From Ignavibacteriales bacterium (GTDB taxonomy: Bacteria; Bacteroidota; Ignavibacteria; Ignavibacteriales; Ignavibacteriaceae): a DNA stretch of 64,000 bases. The notes below the pieces were generated by a model, which saw nothing but the letters and a program-made list of their open reading frames with translations, did not search any database and was not told the origin of the DNA. The position numbers and the translations under genes are program-made. Shown in pieces: positions 16,849 to 25,340 of the stretch; positions within the stretch are counted from its first letter, which is position 1; each line of letters opens with the position of its first letter. Where the stretch lies: the NCBI GenBank assembly GCA_045863035.1, contig BTUV01000005.1:47899-111898 (forward strand), written 5' to 3'.

Positions 16849-18511
16849 ATATATCATTTTTCTAACTGTTCTTCTGTTTGCCGGTTGTGCAAATCAGCTT
16901 CCCCCCGGCGGAGGGGAAATTGATACAACCCCGCCTGAAATTATTGAACTTTACCCTGAAAATGGAACGATTGGTTTTTCCGGTGATTTTTTTGAACTCA
17001 CTTTTTCAGAGTACGTTGATAAAAGATCACTGAAGGATGCTATATTTATTTCACCTGGAATCCAGGGTGAACTGGAACTTGACTGGAGTGGAAAATCAGT
17101 AAGGGTCTATTTCCCTGAAAAACTTATTGACAGCGTTACCTATACGGTAAGCATAGGAACGGACGTGATTGATTATAATAACCGAAACCGGATGGCTCAG
17201 TCATTTGTTTTTGCGTTTTCAACCGGAGATAAAATTGATAACTTTACCGCCGGCGGAAAAATATATGCAGAGAGACCTTCCGGAACACTGTTATTTGCAT
17301 ATCGTAATCCGGCAGACACTCTTAACCCTGCAACGGCAAAACCTGACTATATATCTCAGGCAGGTACTAAAGGTGAGTTCCTTTTTACCGGTCTTGCATC
17401 CGGCAGATACAGGGTTTTTGCAATTAATGAGGATATAAAAGATAAAATTTATGACCCTGAAAAGGATAAGATTGGAGTCCCTCATACTGAACCAATTCTC
17501 TCGGAGAAGGATACCGGATATACAGGACTGAATATGATACTATTTACAGAAGACAGAACGTCGCCTAAGATTCTCTCTGCCAGTATGCTTGACAAAAATC
17601 ATATTCTGCTGACATTATCCGAGGCGCTTAATTCCGAAAACCTTTCAACTGCTCAGTTTAGAATTATTGACTCATCAACGCGGCAGACCATAGTTCCTTA
17701 TTATATATTCAAGGGGCGGAGTAAAAATGCAGAAATCTTTTTATCTGTGAAAGATTCAGTTGATATGGGGGGTAATTTTTATGTAACTGTTACTGAACTG
17801 CAAGACGAAAACAATAATGTGACTATGTTGGATGCAGTTACTCTTACGGTTTCGGACCGGTTGGATACAACTAAGCCATCGTTTACCAGTGTTGATCCAC
17901 CGTATAACTCAAAAAATGTAGATTTTCTGAATGCTGAATTTACTTTTTCACTGGATGATGGTGTTTCTTTAGAAGAGCTGCAGGGTAATCTCATTTTTCA
18001 GGACACTCTAAAAAACAGAATTGATACCGAAATTTTGAGAAAGGATGATGCTTCATTTAAGGTTATTCCTAAATCATCACTTAAAGCAGGAACGGATTAT
18101 TCTATTTCTTTTAATTTGAAGCATTTAAAGGATGCTGCCGGGAATTTCTCAGATTCAGTATATGTCTATAAGTTTAAAACATTATCCGAATTAGATTTTA
18201 CCGGGTTAAGCGGAACTACCGGTGGTGTAAGAATCAAAAACAACCCCCGTCTTATACTTGAGAGCATTGAACGAAAACAGCTCAGGTACATAACACCAGT
18301 CGCGGAAAACGGGACGTTCGATTTTAAGAGAGTCTTACCAGGTAAATATAATCTGATGCTGCTCTATGACCGCGATGATAACGGAAAAATAACCGCAGGT
18401 ATTGTTACTCCTTTTAATCCCTCGGAAGAGTTTTTATATCATCCTGAGGAAATTAACTTGATACCAAGATGGGCAGTGTTGGATTTCTTTTTTAATGCAG
18501 TATCCGATTAA
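16835..18511 (+). CDS. Lipoprotein with Ig-like (SbsA-type) repeats, function unknown
   Basis: 558 aa. Signal peptide with lipobox LLFAGC. Beta-rich repetitive sequence typical of bacterial Ig-like domains. Confidence 0.5.
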   Translation: MKLNRYIIFLTVLLFAGCANQLPPGGGEIDTTPPEIIELYPENGTIGFSGDFFELTFSEYVDKRSLKDAIFISPGIQGELELDWSGKSVRVYFPEKLIDSVTYTVSIGTDVIDYNNRNRMAQSFVFAFSTGDKIDNFTAGGKIYAERPSGTLLFAYRNPADTLNPATAKPDYISQAGTKGEFLFTGLASGRYRVFAINEDIKDKIYDPEKDKIGVPHTEPILSEKDTGYTGLNMILFTEDRTSPKILSASMLDKNHILLTLSEALNSENLSTAQFRIIDSSTRQTIVPYYIFKGRSKNAEIFLSVKDSVDMGGNFYVTVTELQDENNNVTMLDAVTLTVSDRLDTTKPSFTSVDPPYNSKNVDFLNAEFTFSLDDGVSLEELQGNLIFQDTLKNRIDTEILRKDDASFKVIPKSSLKAGTDYSISFNLKHLKDAAGNFSDSVYVYKFKTLSELDFTGLSGTTGGVRIKNNPRLILESIERKQLRYITPVAENGTFDFKRVLPGKYNLMLLYDRDDNGKITAGIVTPFNPSEEFLYHPEEINLIPRWAVLDFFFNAVSD

Positions 18512-19293
18512 CGTCCAAAGCTTTTATTAACTTTAGATTCAATCTCAGCTTCCAATGTATCAGGGAGCTGGTAAAATAAGTCTAAACCTGTTATTTTTTC
18601 AATCTCATCAATGCTCACTGCATGATCTGTGTACTTCCCGGCAGATGAATTTTGAGGAATAATAAACGCAAGCGTACGATAGCTCCCTTCCCGGAAAACC
18701 AGAACAGATTTATAAAAATATAACGGCACTGAGACTTTACTCTTACCGATAGTAGTCATTCCCTCTGTAAATACGGGTCCGGTAACGATGTGAAGGGATT
18801 TATATTTTTTTGCCCATCGTCTTATATCTTCTTCCAGATCTTTCCAAAGACCATTGTTGAACTCCTGCGTCTGAGGGGATATATTACTGAAGTAAAATGA
18901 TTCTTCCATCGCTTGTTGTGACCAGGTCATATCACCGGCAGGCGCCAGATGACCTCTGCTATACCCGGATTTTCTGTAATCAGCATTTTCGGCTGAGCCG
19001 CTGGTGATATGCGGATCACTGCTGAAATTATCGCTTCTTTTTACTTTTTTAATAAGTTCTGTATCGGTCAGTTCGTACGCAACCCAGTTTGGCTGTTCGT
19101 GATCTTCATTATACGAAAGTGAAAATCCGGTATAGTGATATATGTCATCATCGGGTCTCTCCGCCGGTAAATACAGGGTGTTTTCATCCTTCGGCCGGGA
19201 TTTACTTTCACAGCCGGAAAGGAGAAAAGGAGCATTAAAATACACTGTCAGCGAGATTATTGCAGGTAAAAAAATAAAAAGAAATTTTTTCAA
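18508..19293 (-). CDS. DNA/RNA non-specific endonuclease (EndoG/NucA family) lipoprotein
   Basis: 261 aa. Signal peptide with lipobox LLSGC. The SRGHLAPAGD motif (DRGH-type beta-beta-alpha-Me active site) and a downstream N for metal binding. Confidence 0.85.
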   Translation of the reverse strand: MKKFLFIFLPAIISLTVYFNAPFLLSGCESKSRPKDENTLYLPAERPDDDIYHYTGFSLSYNEDHEQPNWVAYELTDTELIKKVKRSDNFSSDPHITSGSAENADYRKSGYSRGHLAPAGDMTWSQQAMEESFYFSNISPQTQEFNNGLWKDLEEDIRRWAKKYKSLHIVTGPVFTEGMTTIGKSKVSVPLYFYKSVLVFREGSYRTLAFIIPQNSSAGKYTDHAVSIDEIEKITGLDLFYQLPDTLEAEIESKVNKSFGR

Positions 19294-20255
19294 GGTTTTC
19301 TGAAGTATTTAATAATGAGTCCCTGACGCAAATGAGTTCGTTCTCCCTGTGCCGCAGCATAGAGGAGTTTAGCGTTTCTGATTTCGAGAATTTTTAATTG
19401 CCCGATTCTTTTTTGAGCTATTCCAATTAGCTCTCCTGACTCCTGGTCATAGAGTGAATCAGTTTCTTCATAGGCATAGAGGAATTCACCGGGCTGAAGC
19501 CCCTGTGTTATAATGTTTACAAAAGCATCTCCGGTTGAGCCGTCATAGGTGAGGAGTTTACCGGTGAGAGTGGGAACGGGTTCTGTAAGGTCGGGGGTGG
19601 TTGTTCTTTTTATCTCTCTTTTATAATGCTTAATAAACTGATTATAAGCATCCTTCATTCCTTCTCCGACTATTGAAACCATAAACTTTTCGGAGCCGAA
19701 TTGTATCTGGCTTAACCCAAAAAAATCTTTTCTCTCGGTGCTTGTCCTTCCGAAGAGGTTAAGTCCGACAACGTTACGCGCGAGTTCTGTTTCAACTTCT
19801 GTCTGTTCGGAAACTCTGTCCAGTTTCAAATCTGCAAAAACCAATCGCATTTTCATTGTAAACGAATAGTATTCATATCCCGCCAGCGTCGGTTCTGCAA
19901 CATTATAACGTTTCAGATCAAACTCATCAATATAACCGAGCACAATTACGTCACATTCAGGGAGCAATGATTTCCAGTCTTGTGTGTCATACTGATTAAT
20001 TCTCTTCCTCGTGTTGAGTTTGAGAAGACTATCAAGCACATGCACTGGAATTACCTCAACGGTTTCCTCTTTTGATAACATCTCTCCCAAAAGCGATGGT
20101 ATATCAATATTGATATACCACACATCTTCAAATGTTGAGTTGTTTTCAAAAGGGAGGATACCCACTTTCTGCGCGGAAAGCGGAATCATGAGAAAACTAA
20201 TTATAAAGAAAATATTTCTGGGCAGCGTCACGGAATGTTTTTTCCTGCGGAGCAA
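19290..20255 (-). CDS. Secreted hypothetical protein (N-terminal CsgG/LpoB-like KVGILPFENNS segment)
   Basis: 321 aa with a signal peptide. There is no catalytic motif I can name. The start overlaps the upstream gene by 59 nt. Confidence 0.4.
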   Translation of the reverse strand: MLRRKKHSVTLPRNIFFIISFLMIPLSAQKVGILPFENNSTFEDVWYINIDIPSLLGEMLSKEETVEVIPVHVLDSLLKLNTRKRINQYDTQDWKSLLPECDVIVLGYIDEFDLKRYNVAEPTLAGYEYYSFTMKMRLVFADLKLDRVSEQTEVETELARNVVGLNLFGRTSTERKDFFGLSQIQFGSEKFMVSIVGEGMKDAYNQFIKHYKREIKRTTTPDLTEPVPTLTGKLLTYDGSTGDAFVNIITQGLQPGEFLYAYEETDSLYDQESGELIGIAQKRIGQLKILEIRNAKLLYAAAQGERTHLRQGLIIKYFRKP

Positions 20256-21420
20256 AATATTTTTTTACTTCGCTGTAATTATAGTTCTGTCTGAATATCT
20301 CTGCTATTTTATCAGAGCCGAGCACTTTACTCAGCATGGTAATTCTTGATTTATCAGCAAGAGTAAAAACGTCAATTTCAGGATGATATTTCTTCAGCAC
20401 TGTTAAAAAATTAAACTGAATGCTCATCAAATCAACCGCGCGGTAGTCAACAAAATGAATCTGTACTCCGTTAAGCTTTTTGCCGGTGTATTTTCCATAA
20501 TATGGTTTGTAATACATCGGTCGAAAAATAACTTTCCCTTCATAGAGTTTTGTAAGGTCATCTGCAATCTTATCAGCTTTAATGCCTTCGTAGCCCATTA
20601 CCTGAAAGGGGAGTGTGTATCCGACGCCTTCTGAGATAATACCGAGTTCACCTAAAATCCCTGTTGCCGTATAGTACTTTGCATGATGTTCTGTAGGTAT
20701 ATGCGGTGAAGTAGGAACCCAGCGTAAACCGGTTTCATTAAAATCCATGCTTCTTTTCCATCCGGCCATTTTAATTACGGTTAACCTGCATTTCTTTCCC
20801 TCTTTAAGCATTCCCTCCCCATTTAATAATTCTGCGAGCTCACCTACAGTCAGACCATGAACATACGGGATGGGGAATTGTGAAACAAATGAAACAAAGC
20901 CGGGCTCAACAAGACTGCCTTCAATCTTTTCTCCACCGAGTGGATTTGGCCTGTCAAGAACAATGAACTCAAGACCCAGTTCTGCCGCTGCTTCCATTGC
21001 CAGCCCCATAGTGCTAATATATGTGTATGACCGAGAACCGATATCTTGTATATCAAAAACCAAGACATCGATATTAGCCAACATCTCCGGAGTAGGTTTT
21101 CTTGTTTTTCCGTAAAGTGAATAAACTGTCAGACCAGTTTTCTCATCGGTATATGTATCAACATGATCACCAGCCGCGTAGTCGCCTCTAACCCCGTGCT
21201 CAGGACCGTATAGGGCGGAGAGTTTAAAAGAAGGGTGATTATGCATCAGATCAATATTCTGGGTTAGATTATAGTTCACTCCGGTCGCATTGGTAATAAG
21301 TCCGACTTTTTTGCCATGCAACGGTTTAAAGTTATCTTCCACTAAAACATCAAGACCTGTTTTCACCTGTGAACTAAGTGAACTGGCTAATAGTAAAAAG
21401 ACAAACAGGAGATTTTTCAT
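20197..21420 (-). CDS. DUF1343 family protein (NamZ-like exo-beta-N-acetylmuramidase)
   Basis: 407 aa with a signal peptide. Blocks TGLDVL...GKKVGLITNATGV, VLVFDIQDIGSRSYTYIST and FIVLDRPNP are typical of DUF1343/YzbB. Confidence 0.78.
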   Translation of the reverse strand: MKNLLFVFLLLASSLSSQVKTGLDVLVEDNFKPLHGKKVGLITNATGVNYNLTQNIDLMHNHPSFKLSALYGPEHGVRGDYAAGDHVDTYTDEKTGLTVYSLYGKTRKPTPEMLANIDVLVFDIQDIGSRSYTYISTMGLAMEAAAELGLEFIVLDRPNPLGGEKIEGSLVEPGFVSFVSQFPIPYVHGLTVGELAELLNGEGMLKEGKKCRLTVIKMAGWKRSMDFNETGLRWVPTSPHIPTEHHAKYYTATGILGELGIISEGVGYTLPFQVMGYEGIKADKIADDLTKLYEGKVIFRPMYYKPYYGKYTGKKLNGVQIHFVDYRAVDLMSIQFNFLTVLKKYHPEIDVFTLADKSRITMLSKVLGSDKIAEIFRQNYNYSEVKKYFAPQEKTFRDAAQKYFLYN

Positions 21421-22034
21421 AACGATCCAATTATTCTTTGATGTGAGGATTTCAATACGGCTAATGTATCATCTGCTAACCGGCTGGTCGTCTGCAACAG
21501 CTCAGCCGCTTCAGAAGAATCCTTTATAGAAGAGCAGTTAATCATTACATTATATAATGCACCGCTAATACAGGGTTCAAGATACTGAAGAGCAACACCG
21601 GTATCACTGAGTGAGTTGCGATTCCCTTTTTCGATTAGCAGAGAAAGATGCGGCACTAATTCTGATGCTGTTTTTACCACCTCAGCCGGAACTTGTGCTG
21701 CTTTAATAGTTGCTTTTTGCACTTCTGCTTTGCGGTGTGCAAGTTCTTCCGGGTTTGACTTTGGCAGTTTAAATGCCAACATCACTTCATCAAAAGCAGC
21801 GTTATCAGCTTCTGAGAGCTGCAATAATTTTTCGCGGAGTGAAGTCAGATTCTCTAATGCGGCACGGAGCTCATTTTCATATTCTGCATATTTAGGTTTA
21901 CCCAGTGTCAGATTTATCACCATCATACCGAGTGATGCAGAAATTGCACCGGCTACTGCGCTGGCATTACCGCCCCCTGGTGTAGGGGTTCCTGCTGAAA
22001 GTGCTTCGAGATATGCTTGAGTGTGATTTTTCAT
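21417..22034 (-). CDS. Formiminotetrahydrofolate cyclodeaminase (FTCD C-terminal domain family)
   Basis: 205 aa, TPTPGGGNASAVAGAISASLGMMV, typical of the cyclodeaminase/cyclohydrolase family. Confidence 0.85.
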   Translation of the reverse strand: MKNHTQAYLEALSAGTPTPGGGNASAVAGAISASLGMMVINLTLGKPKYAEYENELRAALENLTSLREKLLQLSEADNAAFDEVMLAFKLPKSNPEELAHRKAEVQKATIKAAQVPAEVVKTASELVPHLSLLIEKGNRNSLSDTGVALQYLEPCISGALYNVMINCSSIKDSSEAAELLQTTSRLADDTLAVLKSSHQRIIGSL

Positions 22035-23057
22035 TTATTGCTCCACCATATATTCGATAATTTTTTCTTTTGGGTTAAAAGGCGCAAGTGAGCTCAGACC
22101 AAGTTTTTCAATTGCGAGTGAAAGCAATTCTGATTCTGAAAGGTTTTCACCATCGGCATAAAATTTTCCGGAGTTAGTGAGTGCCGCCAATGGCACAAGC
22201 CCCACTATTTCAGAGCCCATGGTTTCAGCTCCGCGAAGTGCGGCTTCCTTTTTGACTTCTTCAAAAACCTGATGCATGTTAGTTAATGTATAGTTCGTCA
22301 GATTTATTGATACCTGAGTAATCCCATATTTCTCAAGTGTTACCCCCATGGCTTTCACAGCTTTAAATCTTCCCGGTTCTTTAACGGTCTTGCCGTCAAC
22401 TTTAACCGGGTTCCCGTTTTCATCACGCTTTACTCTGCCTGATTCACGGATAATTTCGGATATATCCTTTGAGATGCTCAGGTCAGTTGTTTTTAGATTT
22501 ACATTATAGGCAACGAGAAAAAATCTTGCGCCTGTTACTGTTGCACCGAGCTTTGCATTGAACAGAGGTTCTCCAAAATCAGGTTTCCATTCAGGATTCT
22601 TAATTTTTTCTGATAATCCTTCATATTCACCTTTCCGGATATCAGACAAGTTTTTTCTTTGTGGTGTTCTGGCAGCATCCTCGTAGAGATATATTGGCAG
22701 ATTTAATTCTTTTGAAATCTGTTCACCGAATCTTTCCGAGAGAGCAACACATTCTTCGAGGGTAGAATTTTTGACAGGGATAAACGGCACTACATCTGCA
22801 GCACCGAGTCGGGGATGTTCTCCTTTGTGATATCTCATGTCTATATATTCAGCGCCTGCTCTCACTGTTTCGAGTGCTCCGGCAAGAACTGCTTCCGGCT
22901 CACCGGCAAACGTGATAACCACCCGGTTATAATCCGCATCCGATTCAAAGCTCAGAAGATTTACCCCGGGCACTGATGATATACGGTTTTTGATTTTTTC
23001 TAATTTTTCACTATCTCTGCCTTCGCTGAGATTTGGTACACATTCAATTATTTTCAT
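22035..23057 (-). CDS. ftcD: Glutamate formimidoyltransferase
   Basis: 340 aa. N-terminus MKIIECVPNLSEGRD and the following blocks match the formiminotransferase N and central subdomains. Confidence 0.9.
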   Translation of the reverse strand: MKIIECVPNLSEGRDSEKLEKIKNRISSVPGVNLLSFESDADYNRVVITFAGEPEAVLAGALETVRAGAEYIDMRYHKGEHPRLGAADVVPFIPVKNSTLEECVALSERFGEQISKELNLPIYLYEDAARTPQRKNLSDIRKGEYEGLSEKIKNPEWKPDFGEPLFNAKLGATVTGARFFLVAYNVNLKTTDLSISKDISEIIRESGRVKRDENGNPVKVDGKTVKEPGRFKAVKAMGVTLEKYGITQVSINLTNYTLTNMHQVFEEVKKEAALRGAETMGSEIVGLVPLAALTNSGKFYADGENLSESELLSLAIEKLGLSSLAPFNPKEKIIEYMVEQ

Positions 23058-23062
23058 AGGAT

Positions 23063-24310
23063 TCAGTTTTTTTGATAAATGATTTCACCTTTTTTGATGG
23101 TCATTTCAACAGGGTTTTTGGCTGTCTTATATACCATCTGACTTAAACTTACGTCATTAATGACTACAAAATCAGCTTGTTTACCTGTCGAAAGGGAGCC
23201 GGTCTTATTGCTTACTCCGCAGACATAAGCAGCATTGATGGTATAACTGTTTAAAATTTCGTTTATTGATAATTTCATTTTAACCGCTGCCAGACTCATT
23301 ATAAGGAAAATGTTGTCAATGTGTGATGATCCCGGGTTGTAATCCGTAGCCAATGCAATGATAGCATCTGAGTCAATCAGGTCGCGCGCCGGGGCATAAT
23401 TATAATTGAGAAAATATGAAACACCGGGGAGCAGTACTGCAGCAGTTGCTGATTCCTTAAAAAGTCCGGTTTGCTCCCGGGTAATTACCTCAAGATGGTC
23501 AACACTGCGGCACGCCAATTTTACGCCAAGCTCAAGCCCGCCAATCGAATTAAACTGATCTGTGTGCAGCCGCAAAGAAAGACCATGTTTTGTTGCTGTT
23601 TCAAATATCTTCTCAATCTCATCTGTCTGGAATGCAGATTTCTCAAGAAATCCGTCACAGAAACTCGCAAGCTGCTCCTCTGCAACAGCAGGAATCATTT
23701 CGTTACAGATTTTATCAATATATATATTCCTGTTATCTCTGTGTTCGAGTGGTATGGTATGAGCGCCCAGAAAAGTTGGGATGATATCTATTGGAACCAA
23801 TTTTGACGCGCGCTTAATGGTACGAAGCATTTTTAATTCGTCCTGGGTGCTTAAACCATAACCGCTTTTAATCTCAAGTGTTGTAACTCCTTGCTCAATA
23901 AAATTCTGCATACGCGGCAGAAGTAAAGCGAGCAGATCTTCTTCTGAGGCATTCCGGACATGTTTCATCGTTGATACAATCCCGCCGCCTCTTTCAGCTA
24001 TTTCCTCATAGGTTGCACCACGCAGTTTCAGAAGGAACTCATCAGCACGGTCACCCGCAAATACTGCATGGGTATGACACTCGGTAAAACCGGGTAACAC
24101 TACTTTGTTTTTTAGTGATACAACTTCCCAGTCGGGATGTAGTGTAATGTCTTTTTCGTGAATGAACGCTGTTATTATTCCATCTTCGGTCAGGATAGCA
24201 TGATTCTCAAGAAATGGGAATTTACTGCTTTCCCAACCACGGATATGCTCAGTACCTGCTGGCCAGGTTCCATATATGCGGCAGATATCCCTGAAAAGGA
24301 CGATGCTCAA
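23063..24310 (-). CDS. hutI: Imidazolonepropionase
   Basis: 415 aa amidohydrolase fold with GFTECHTHAVFAG, HTDQ and ATDYNPGSS. Confidence 0.9.
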   Translation of the reverse strand: MSIVLFRDICRIYGTWPAGTEHIRGWESSKFPFLENHAILTEDGIITAFIHEKDITLHPDWEVVSLKNKVVLPGFTECHTHAVFAGDRADEFLLKLRGATYEEIAERGGGIVSTMKHVRNASEEDLLALLLPRMQNFIEQGVTTLEIKSGYGLSTQDELKMLRTIKRASKLVPIDIIPTFLGAHTIPLEHRDNRNIYIDKICNEMIPAVAEEQLASFCDGFLEKSAFQTDEIEKIFETATKHGLSLRLHTDQFNSIGGLELGVKLACRSVDHLEVITREQTGLFKESATAAVLLPGVSYFLNYNYAPARDLIDSDAIIALATDYNPGSSHIDNIFLIMSLAAVKMKLSINEILNSYTINAAYVCGVSNKTGSLSTGKQADFVVINDVSLSQMVYKTAKNPVEMTIKKGEIIYQKN

Positions 24311-24873
24311 AATTTCTTCCTGATGCTGATCTTTTTGGGAACAGGAAGGCAGTTACTAAAATTATTTTCGTTCAGTTTAATGACTGCTTCGGCCGCGGAG
24401 GGGAAGTCGGGGTAGCTTCCGTAAAATACGTGATACTTGCCTGAGGAGAAATCAACGGAGATGTCACGAATACCGGTTTTTTCAAAGAGGGCAAGTTCAA
24501 CTGAGTCGGCTGCCTCTGCTGAATCTGACGTGTGGACAAGCAGAGTAAAACCATTAACTTCCGTCAGGTTGTTCTCCTGCTCACCGGGCTCTGGAAAACG
24601 GTACCAGTATAAACCGGATTTTGATTCTGATTGCACCTTATCCGGTATTTTTACAAAGGAAGCATCAAACCCGCTGAAAATTGATTCATAATCAACTGTG
24701 AAAACAGGGCTGTTTATGGTGGATGTCTCAGCCGGCTTCTGATTTTCACTTGTCGTTGTCTGATTGCTGTTCTCCTGAGAATATCTGTCGGCGGTTGGAA
24801 CTGCCGAACAACCGGTAAATAACAGAAGAAAGGTGATCAGAATTATTGAGGTATATTGAATTTCTTTTTTCAT
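24307..24873 (-). CDS. SPOR-domain lipoprotein
   Basis: 188 aa. Lipobox LFTGC, a low-complexity linker and a C-terminal SPOR-like pattern (GFTLLVHTS..AEAA......GKYHVFYGSYPDFPSAAEAVIKL). Confidence 0.6.
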   Translation of the reverse strand: MKKEIQYTSIILITFLLLFTGCSAVPTADRYSQENSNQTTTSENQKPAETSTINSPVFTVDYESIFSGFDASFVKIPDKVQSESKSGLYWYRFPEPGEQENNLTEVNGFTLLVHTSDSAEAADSVELALFEKTGIRDISVDFSSGKYHVFYGSYPDFPSAAEAVIKLNENNFSNCLPVPKKISIRKKF

Positions 24874-25309
24874 ACCCTCAAAATTTAATCAATTTTGGTC
24901 ACTTTTTCAGGCAAAACGTAAGAGGGGAATTACAGTTTTAATAATTGGTCACAGTTAACAAGGTTCAGTATTTCCCCAATTAATCCCGATTATTCAAAAA
25001 GGCGCAAAAATCTCATTGAATGAGTGGTCTGCTTCTATAAGATTAAACCAATTTACCCTCCCCTGAATCATGTAATGATTCCGGAGGATTTGTAAAACTT
25101 AGCACAGATATGCTTCTCCGCGCGACGATTATCGAAAGCTAATGAATAAAGGGACTAAAATTTTGATGGGATTTCAGATAATTTACTATTCTTCTTGAAT
25201 TACGCCTGATGTGAGGGGATTAGTCCGAAAAGTCTGAAGGCAAACTTTCAAAATAGAAATGAATTCGGCAAAATCAAGGGGTTTTCTTTAAAAATTGGCG
25301 AAAATTTGT

Positions 25310-25317
25310 TATTTTTG
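25310..25317 (+). promoter_or_regulatory. Candidate -7 promoter box TATTTTTG upstream of glgA
   Basis: Exact match to the Bacteroidota TAnnTTTG consensus, 24 nt upstream of the glgA ATG. No clear -33 TTTG lies at the expected spacing. Confidence 0.3.
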
Positions 25318-25340
25318 CAGAATTACAATATTGGATTACA

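Noticed and set aside
21616-22020. 134-aa plus-strand ORF inside the cyclodeaminase gene
   Set aside because: It is an Ala/Ser-rich antisense shadow of a gene with clear family motifs on the minus strand.
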